Of a DNA stretch of 62,486 nucleotides, positions 56,365-62,486 are shown in pieces (the first letter of the stretch is position 1; the number at the start of each line of letters is the position of its first letter). This DNA comes from Planctomycetota bacterium. Its GTDB lineage: Bacteria; Planctomycetota; Planctomycetia; Pirellulales; Pirellulaceae. The position numbers were made by a program, and so were the translations under genes. The stretch covers positions 1-62,486 of the forward strand of contig JAEZAS010000509.1 in assembly GCA_023430365.1 (NCBI GenBank), in the 5' to 3' direction. The notes beneath the pieces are model-generated. The model did not search any database. It worked only from the letters and a program-made list of their open reading frames with translations, and was not told the DNA's origin.

Positions 56365-58149
56365 TCAGTTCTTGGCCTTCAGCCGGGCGAGAGCCTCCTG
56401 GATCTGTTTCGCCTTGTCGCTGTTCTTGCTCTTCGATTTCGACGTTGAGACCTTGGATGTCGCTTTGCCGACAGTCAAACCTTTGAGTTTTGAATCCAAG
56501 AGTTCAAAATCCGAGACGTCCAAGATCTCCGGGCCTTTGTCATCCGCCGCAATGAACTCGGTGGCCTCCGAGGCATCGAACAAGTCCAGCCGCTGCTCGT
56601 CGACATCGACGCCCACGACGTACGTGCCTTCGGTCAGGACTTTGCGAGCCGGCTTACCGCCGTCCCCCCGGTCGAACTCAATCACGATCGGCAACTGCGA
56701 ACTCAGGTCGGCCGCCTGTCCGGGTTGCAGGACCGCGTGCTTGCCGTCGACCAGGTAGTTGAACGTCCCTTCGTACTGCGAATTGTCGATGGTCACTTCG
56801 ACCTTGACCGTCTTAAGTTCCCAGCCGCCGTCCTTGAGGACGAACTTGTACGTGCCGGTGCCGAGCGTGTACTTCTTGATCGCGCCTCCGTTGCCGGGGT
56901 CGAACGAGATGACGTAGCTCTTCTCCAGCCGCTGGCTCTGCCCCGGCCCGATGGTGTAGGGATACGGCCCGAGGTTGTAGTTGATCGTCTGTCCATTCTC
57001 TTCGGGATTGAGAATGACGGTGGTCGCCGTGCCGCTCGCGGTGCTATCGCTGAGCGGATCTTCCATCATTGGCATCCCGCTCACCTCGGCCAGGAAGCTG
57101 ACGGGATAGCCTGCGTTCTGACAGCCTTCCCACATGACGTCCCAAGGGTTTCCCGAATCCTGCGCGAGCTCCGAGAGCTTTCCGAGCTCATTGAATTTGT
57201 CCATCTGGGCGAGGTTGTCCTCCAAGCTCATTTTGAGCGGGGTGTCGCCCATCGCATCGAACTGGGCGGTGATCTCTTCCAGCCGCTTGTCCTTGCCGGG
57301 TCCTGTCAGCAGACCACTGGCAACATCGCGTTCGTACTCACCGAGGGCAATCCGCATATCGAGGGCCTTCTTGCCTTCGTCCGAGAGCTTGCCGCCATGC
57401 TTCTCTTTGAATTCCTTCATCTTCTCCGGATCGCCGGAGAGGACGGCTTCCGAAAAATCCTGCTCGGCTTGGGGGTCGGGCGGCTGCAACTTGGAAAGTT
57501 CGCTTTCAAGAGCCGCGTCGATCTTGCCGGATCCCTTCGAAGCTTCGTTTGCCTGGCGGGCATCGAATTCGGCGCTCATTCCGGACAATTCGTACGCGAC
57601 ACGCTCATTCGCTTTTGGAGTGGGACGCTGCTGGCGGACCACATTGCGCGCTGGAGTCGGCGCCGGCTTGCTAACGACGGGCCGCGGCTGTGGATTCTGT
57701 GGGTACTGGGGATACTGGGGTGTCGTGTATTGAGGTGGGTAGGTTCGATTGTCTTCTCGCCATCCGCGCGGGGGACGCTGCGGTCGATCTGGAGGTGGAA
57801 TTCGCGTGGCGATGTCGATGAGATCGACTACCAAAGGAGCCCACGGGAAGGGATCAGCGGGTTTGGTGGGCTTGCTCGGAGGCCGAGGCGGACGAGGCGG
57901 ACGAGGCGGCCAGTTTCCGACATCTCCCGCGTCACCACCGTCACTGGCATCGAGCGAGCCTCGGCGGAAACCGTTGTTCGGTCGACCGAAACTATTACGA
58001 TTGCCGCCCGAGTTCCATGAACTGTTATTGTTTCCTTGGTTGGAGAGTCCGCGAAAGAGATCGCCCAAGTTCTGTGCGTTGGCTAAGCGATCGGTTGCTA
58101 GAATCGCTATGGCCGTGACGGCCAGTAGCAATACTCGAGAGTGTGTCAT
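56365..58149 (-). CDS. Secreted protein with Pro-rich linker (PPRPPRPPRPPSKP) and a C-terminal beta-rich region
   Basis: Signal peptide MTHSRVLLLAVTAIAILATDRLANA; low-complexity N/G/S and Pro-rich segments; no assignable domain. Confidence 0.5.
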   Translation of the reverse strand: MTHSRVLLLAVTAIAILATDRLANAQNLGDLFRGLSNQGNNNSSWNSGGNRNSFGRPNNGFRRGSLDASDGGDAGDVGNWPPRPPRPPRPPSKPTKPADPFPWAPLVVDLIDIATRIPPPDRPQRPPRGWREDNRTYPPQYTTPQYPQYPQNPQPRPVVSKPAPTPARNVVRQQRPTPKANERVAYELSGMSAEFDARQANEASKGSGKIDAALESELSKLQPPDPQAEQDFSEAVLSGDPEKMKEFKEKHGGKLSDEGKKALDMRIALGEYERDVASGLLTGPGKDKRLEEITAQFDAMGDTPLKMSLEDNLAQMDKFNELGKLSELAQDSGNPWDVMWEGCQNAGYPVSFLAEVSGMPMMEDPLSDSTASGTATTVILNPEENGQTINYNLGPYPYTIGPGQSQRLEKSYVISFDPGNGGAIKKYTLGTGTYKFVLKDGGWELKTVKVEVTIDNSQYEGTFNYLVDGKHAVLQPGQAADLSSQLPIVIEFDRGDGGKPARKVLTEGTYVVGVDVDEQRLDLFDASEATEFIAADDKGPEILDVSDFELLDSKLKGLTVGKATSKVSTSKSKSKNSDKAKQIQEALARLKAKN

Positions 58150-58351
58150 GGCAAAGATTCCTCGACAGGGGTGAGACACAGTTTGGCCGGCCGACGCGTT
58201 GCGTGCGTGTCGCCAGACCACGATACTGGGGGGGCCCGCCCAATGTATACAGCCTCATGGCGTCTCGCAACGGTTGAAAAGTGCCCGGAAGGGTATTCAC
58301 CAGACTTACCCTCCGTTCCCGGGTCTCGTTCTTAGCCTCCTTCAGCTTCCC

Positions 58352-59995
58352 ATGACCGTTCCTGTAGTGAATCGTCGCTCTGCAACTAGCCGTTTCGCTA
58401 CCGAATGGTTGCGCCCCCTTCTCGCGATCGATACACGCAGCCTGGCGGCCTTCCGAATTGCCCTTGGCATACTGCTCCTTCTGGATTTGTGCGTTCGCGG
58501 CACGGATATCCTCTCGCACTACACGGACGTGGGAGTGCTGCCGCGCCCCGCGCGCATCACTTTGTATGAGTTTCGTGGCGAGACTTCGGCCCGTTTCTGG
58601 TGGTCGCTGCACATGATCAATGGGACGGGCTGGTTCCAGCTTGGGCTATTTTCCCTTGCTGCGTGCGTTGCCACCTGCCTGACACTCGGCTATCGCACGC
58701 GCATGGCGACATTCATGAGTTGGGCGCTATTGGTGTCGCTGCATAGCCGATTGCCGGGTGTGAACCAGGGAGGAGACATCCTCCTGCGGATGCTGCTGTT
58801 TTGGAGCATGTTCCTTCCCCTGGGCGCGACCGCGAGCGTCGATCGCTTCCGTTGGCCGGCCGATCGCGATCAACCGTCGCAGACGATTGCCTCACTGGGA
58901 AGCTTTGCAATGCTCGTACAAGTTCTGCTGGTCTATTGGTGTACGGCCTATGCCAAATTGGAACCGACCTGGACCCGCGACTTTTCTGCGATCTACTATG
59001 CCTTAGAGTTCGATATGTATGTGCGCCCTGTGGGGATCGTTCTACGCGAATACCCCGTCATCTGCCGCGTGCTTACGGGCATGACGCTGTGTCTTGAATT
59101 CTTCGGTCCCTTACTGCTACTGATTCCGGTCCGGACTTGGATATTTCGCTTGGTCGCGGTTGCATTGTTTTGGTCGTTTCATCTAGGCCTTGCTCTCTGC
59201 CTCGAACTGGGACTGTTTTCGTATGTTTCGATGACGGCCTGGTTGTTGTTCCTGCCAGGTCAGTTTTGGGATGGACTCTCGGCCCTGCTTCGCCGGGCGA
59301 GAGATTCGAGTGCGCTACTGCAATCAGTTCGGCTACAAGGAGCACTTGGCCTACTGAACCTGCTGCGACGTCCGGCCGCCCCCGTTTTCAAACTATCCTG
59401 GCCCGGCAATGTCTTTGTCGCATGCTGCCTGGCGATTGTGCTTCAAATCAACTTCGCATCGTTGCACAACCTGGAAGATCGACAGCGGACGATCGACGGT
59501 CCAGGGTGGATGCATGCGGTCACCGCCATCCTTCGGATCGAGCAGCGGTGGCTCATGTTCGCTCCGCGACCAGCACGGGCAGACGGCTGGTGCTTGATGC
59601 GCGGTGTGCTCATGGACGGAACCGAGGTAAATCTTTGGCAGCCTGAGCAACCATTGCCCTTCACCAAACCCACCTCAGTTCGCCGGCAATTTCCCAATCA
59701 CCGCTGGCGGAAATATGTCGTTCACCTCTGCTGGGATGCCGATGGCGAGCAACTGAGTTGTTTCTCCGACTGGCTTAGTTGGCGGTGGAATCTCTTCTAC
59801 AGCAATGGCCAGCCGGAACGCCAGGTACGCATGGTTGAAATCGTTTTCTACCACGAGGAAACCCCGCCCCCCGGGGAACCCGCGAAGCCGGTCCAAGCTT
59901 TCCTGCTCTGGAACTGGGATTACCTCGAAGGCAGAACACTAATGCCCGACGGAGAACCGGGAGAAATGCCGGAAGGTCGGCCGGAGGAACGCTGA
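58352..59995 (+). CDS. HTTM-domain protein (vitamin K-dependent gamma-carboxylase homolog)
   Basis: N-terminal HTTM signature SLAAFRIALGILLLLDLCVRGTDILSHYTDVGVLPR ... WWSLHMI ... LGYRTRMATFMSWALLVSLHSRLPGVNQGGDILLRMLLFW, then a ~250-aa C-terminal domain. Confidence 0.7.
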   Translation: MTVPVVNRRSATSRFATEWLRPLLAIDTRSLAAFRIALGILLLLDLCVRGTDILSHYTDVGVLPRPARITLYEFRGETSARFWWSLHMINGTGWFQLGLFSLAACVATCLTLGYRTRMATFMSWALLVSLHSRLPGVNQGGDILLRMLLFWSMFLPLGATASVDRFRWPADRDQPSQTIASLGSFAMLVQVLLVYWCTAYAKLEPTWTRDFSAIYYALEFDMYVRPVGIVLREYPVICRVLTGMTLCLEFFGPLLLLIPVRTWIFRLVAVALFWSFHLGLALCLELGLFSYVSMTAWLLFLPGQFWDGLSALLRRARDSSALLQSVRLQGALGLLNLLRRPAAPVFKLSWPGNVFVACCLAIVLQINFASLHNLEDRQRTIDGPGWMHAVTAILRIEQRWLMFAPRPARADGWCLMRGVLMDGTEVNLWQPEQPLPFTKPTSVRRQFPNHRWRKYVVHLCWDADGEQLSCFSDWLSWRWNLFYSNGQPERQVRMVEIVFYHEETPPPGEPAKPVQAFLLWNWDYLEGRTLMPDGEPGEMPEGRPEER

Positions 59996-60122
59996 ACCTA
60001 GCGAACGACTACCAGGAGTTGAAGGAACCACCACGGATTCCATGGAGGGGAACGAAGACCCCGCGAGTTCCCAATTGGATGTACCGCTGGACGAAAGCAT
60101 CCATGGCTGTCACAACATCGCT

Positions 60123-61127
60123 ATGCCGGCCGAATCCCCTCCGCAATTATCCTCACCAGGACACGACGCCACGGCCCGATTTCGGGGTCGGGTGCTCGTT
60201 GCGATCGCGGCGCTGCTGTGGAGCACCAGCGGGCTGTTTGCCAAGGCGCCGTACTTCGCGGGTTGGCCCGGACCGACGCTGGCGTTCTGGCGGGCCCTGT
60301 TTGCTTGCGTGATTCTGGTGCCGCTCGCGCTCTGGCATGTTTGCAACCGGCGCAGCGGCGAGCATCCGCTGTGGTCCTGGGCGCTGATTCCGATGACGCT
60401 GCTCTTTGCGGCGATGAACTACACCTATTTGACGGCGATGGCCGAGGGAAGCGCGGCGAACGCCATTTGGCTGCAGTGCACGGCGCCGGTGTGGGTGTTA
60501 CTGGTGGGGGTGTTTGTGTTTGGCGAACATTCATCCTGGCGCGACTGGGTGCTGATCGCCTTCGTGGCTGCGGGAGTGGGGCTGATCCTGATTTATGAGT
60601 CGCGCGGGGCGTCGTTGCCGGCGGTCCTGTGGGGACTAGCCGCGGGGGTGATGTATGCCGGCGTGGTTCTCTCGCTGCGGCAACTGCGGGCCTTCGATTC
60701 CGCGTGGCTCGCGATGCTGAACCACACGGTGACGGTGGCGGTCCTCATGCCGCTCGCCCTGCAGTGGATCGCCGATCCCCTGATCGCCGAGCGGGCTGCC
60801 TCGACGACCGCCGCTCCGCGACTCTTTCCGCAGGGGATACAATGGGTTTTGCTGGCGGCGTTCGGCATTTTGCAGATGGGGCTCCCCTATGTTCTGTTCG
60901 CCCGTGGCCTGCGGCACATTCCCGGGCACGAGGCGACGGCGATCGGCTTGCTCGAACCGATCGTGATGCCGATCTGGGTGCTGCTGGTTTGGGACCAGGC
61001 TCCGCGCTGGTGGACGATTGCCGGGGGCGGGCTCATCCTGGCGGGTCTTGCGCTGCGTTACGTGTTTGTTCCCCCCGCTCCCACCTTGCTGCCGCCCGAG
61101 GCGGTCGGGCTCGAAGACCCCAGTTGA
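60123..61127 (+). CDS. DMT-superfamily (EamA) transporter
   Basis: Ten TM helices with duplicated EamA halves (ALLWSTSGLFAK ..., LLEPIVMPIWVLLVW). Confidence 0.65.
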   Translation: MPAESPPQLSSPGHDATARFRGRVLVAIAALLWSTSGLFAKAPYFAGWPGPTLAFWRALFACVILVPLALWHVCNRRSGEHPLWSWALIPMTLLFAAMNYTYLTAMAEGSAANAIWLQCTAPVWVLLVGVFVFGEHSSWRDWVLIAFVAAGVGLILIYESRGASLPAVLWGLAAGVMYAGVVLSLRQLRAFDSAWLAMLNHTVTVAVLMPLALQWIADPLIAERAASTTAAPRLFPQGIQWVLLAAFGILQMGLPYVLFARGLRHIPGHEATAIGLLEPIVMPIWVLLVWDQAPRWWTIAGGGLILAGLALRYVFVPPAPTLLPPEAVGLEDPS

Positions 61128-61133
61128 CCGACG

Positions 61134-62210
61134 ATGGCTGAGAAACCGTTTCGCAACTTCCACGTCGGCGACGAGTCGCGCAGCCAAACGCTTTCGACCG
61201 CCCTACGGCGATTTCTGCCCGATAAGTCCTGGAACCAGGTGAAAAAGCTGATCGGCGGTCGGCAGGTGCAGGTGAACGGCAATCTCTGCCTCGACGAAAA
61301 CCGCAAGGTGAAGGCTGGAGATGTCGTCAAAGTCTGGGATCATCCGCTGGCCAAACCTGCCGATGAGCGGGATGTGCGGATTCGTTACGTCGACGCCCAT
61401 CTGGTCGTCATCGAGAAGCCTGCCGGAGTCACCACGTTGCGACACGCCGAGGAGCGTCATTGGCCCGCCCGGCGAAAGCAACTCCAGCCGACGCTCGATG
61501 AACTGCTGCCGCTCGCACTGGCCCGCTACTTAGGTTGGAACACCAGTGAATCGACTTCGCCAACACGGCAGGCAGCGCCCCGACGGGGCCGCTCGTCCTC
61601 TCGCCGAGGGAGTCATAACGAAGCGGACCAACGAAGCCCCAAGCTGCCCACCGTGCGAGCCGTCCATCGCCTGGACCGCGACACGAGCGGCCTGATGGTG
61701 TTCGCTCGGACCACCGCGGCTGAACATGCTCTGATTGGCCTGTTCAGCAAGCACAAGATCCAGAGGGCCTACGTCGCAGTGGTCCATGGCCAGCCCCGGC
61801 CGCAGACGATCGAGTCCTACCTGGTCCGCGACCGAGGAGACGGTCTTCGTGGGAGCAGCCCGCAAGGAGCATCAGCCGAGGGAGCACAGCGGGCGATCAC
61901 GCATGTCGAGCCCCTGAAGGATCTCGGGGAATACAGCATCGTCCGCTGCCGACTCGAAACCGGCAGGACCCACCAGATCCGCATCCACTTGAGCGAGAAG
62001 GGACACATGCTCTGCGGGGAAAAGACCTACACCCATCCGCTGGGCGGCAAACCAGCCGTAGATAAGAGTGGTGCTCCGCGGCAGGCGCTGCACGCGGCGG
62101 AACTGGGCTTCGTTCACCCGATCACCGGCGAGACTCTGGCGTTTCGCACACCGGTGCCGCAAGACCTTGCCTCGTGGCTAAAACGTCTCAGGTCAACCAA
62201 GCACGACTAA
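61134..62210 (+). CDS. RluA-family pseudouridine synthase (RluD-like, S4 domain plus catalytic domain)
   Basis: S4-like N-terminus; catalytic VHRLDRDTSGLMVFART (Asp) and HQIRIHLSEKGHMLCGEKTY; the basic low-complexity insert is unusual. Confidence 0.85.
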   Translation: MAEKPFRNFHVGDESRSQTLSTALRRFLPDKSWNQVKKLIGGRQVQVNGNLCLDENRKVKAGDVVKVWDHPLAKPADERDVRIRYVDAHLVVIEKPAGVTTLRHAEERHWPARRKQLQPTLDELLPLALARYLGWNTSESTSPTRQAAPRRGRSSSRRGSHNEADQRSPKLPTVRAVHRLDRDTSGLMVFARTTAAEHALIGLFSKHKIQRAYVAVVHGQPRPQTIESYLVRDRGDGLRGSSPQGASAEGAQRAITHVEPLKDLGEYSIVRCRLETGRTHQIRIHLSEKGHMLCGEKTYTHPLGGKPAVDKSGAPRQALHAAELGFVHPITGETLAFRTPVPQDLASWLKRLRSTKHD

Positions 62211-62486
62211 CGCTGCCGTGCGAGTTTGGCGGAAAACAAACAGTTACCTTTGGTGCAGGAAATGCAGTATAGTGCGGGCCGGGCAACTGGGACGCGCGCT
62301 AAGCGACGCCCTGTCAGACAGTTGCGTCGATTTATCGTCATCCGCAGAATCTGTTGGAGCGCTCGGGCTCTGGCCGTTCGGTGGCGGCCTGATGACCGGT
62401 CCGGTCGTCCAAGGCCCGGTCGATCGGGGGTGCGCGGTTAGGCCTTTCGAGTCACGTCTGCACGAAGTCGGTTCATGAACGCAATC

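Noticed and set aside
56725-58020. 431-aa plus-strand ORF
   Set aside because: Antisense to the Pro-rich secreted protein gene; no signal or motifs. The two cannot both be real; the minus-strand product has a clean signal peptide.
1-62486. CRISPR array
   Set aside because: All repeat families are palindromic and interspersed, with irregular spacing and at most two to four copies. There are no regularly spaced direct repeats.

Overview
High-GC (about 65-70%) chromosomal segment whose gene content looks Planctomycetota-like. This placement is an inference from the mix of Tad/Flp pilus genes, an HTTM homolog, many ECF sigma factors, TPR-cyclophilins and HExxH secreted proteins; it is not a database result. 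I count about 55 protein genes and one tRNA-Leu(CAG); there is no rRNA and no CRISPR array.

Housekeeping genes recognised by motif: dprA, rsfS, infC, nagB, pyrF, pcm, cysK, an RsmD-like and an RluD-like enzyme, a rhomboid protease, a flotillin plus NfeD pair, and CinA-C.

Accessory content: (i) a partial Tad/Flp pilus locus (cpaE-cpaC-cpaB-tadE-cpaA, then flp) with no secretion ATPase or platform genes in the window; (ii) a signalling block (FHA, Ser/Thr kinase fused to a polytopic membrane domain, overlapping membrane protein, ECF sigma, AIM24-like, zinc-finger protein); (iii) a pupylation-like module: a small ORF ending in GGE, a PafA/Dop-family ligase carrying a transmembrane insertion of about 130 aa, and a translationally coupled sulfite-oxidase-fold enzyme; (iv) a REP-associated tyrosine transposase (RAYT) flanked by inverted 36-bp REP palindromes; (v) at least five further families of short palindromic or MITE-like repeats, several of which create spurious ORFs or N-terminal extensions in the six-frame track.

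Many long ORFs in the track are antisense shadows of real genes, as expected at this GC content, and were rejected.
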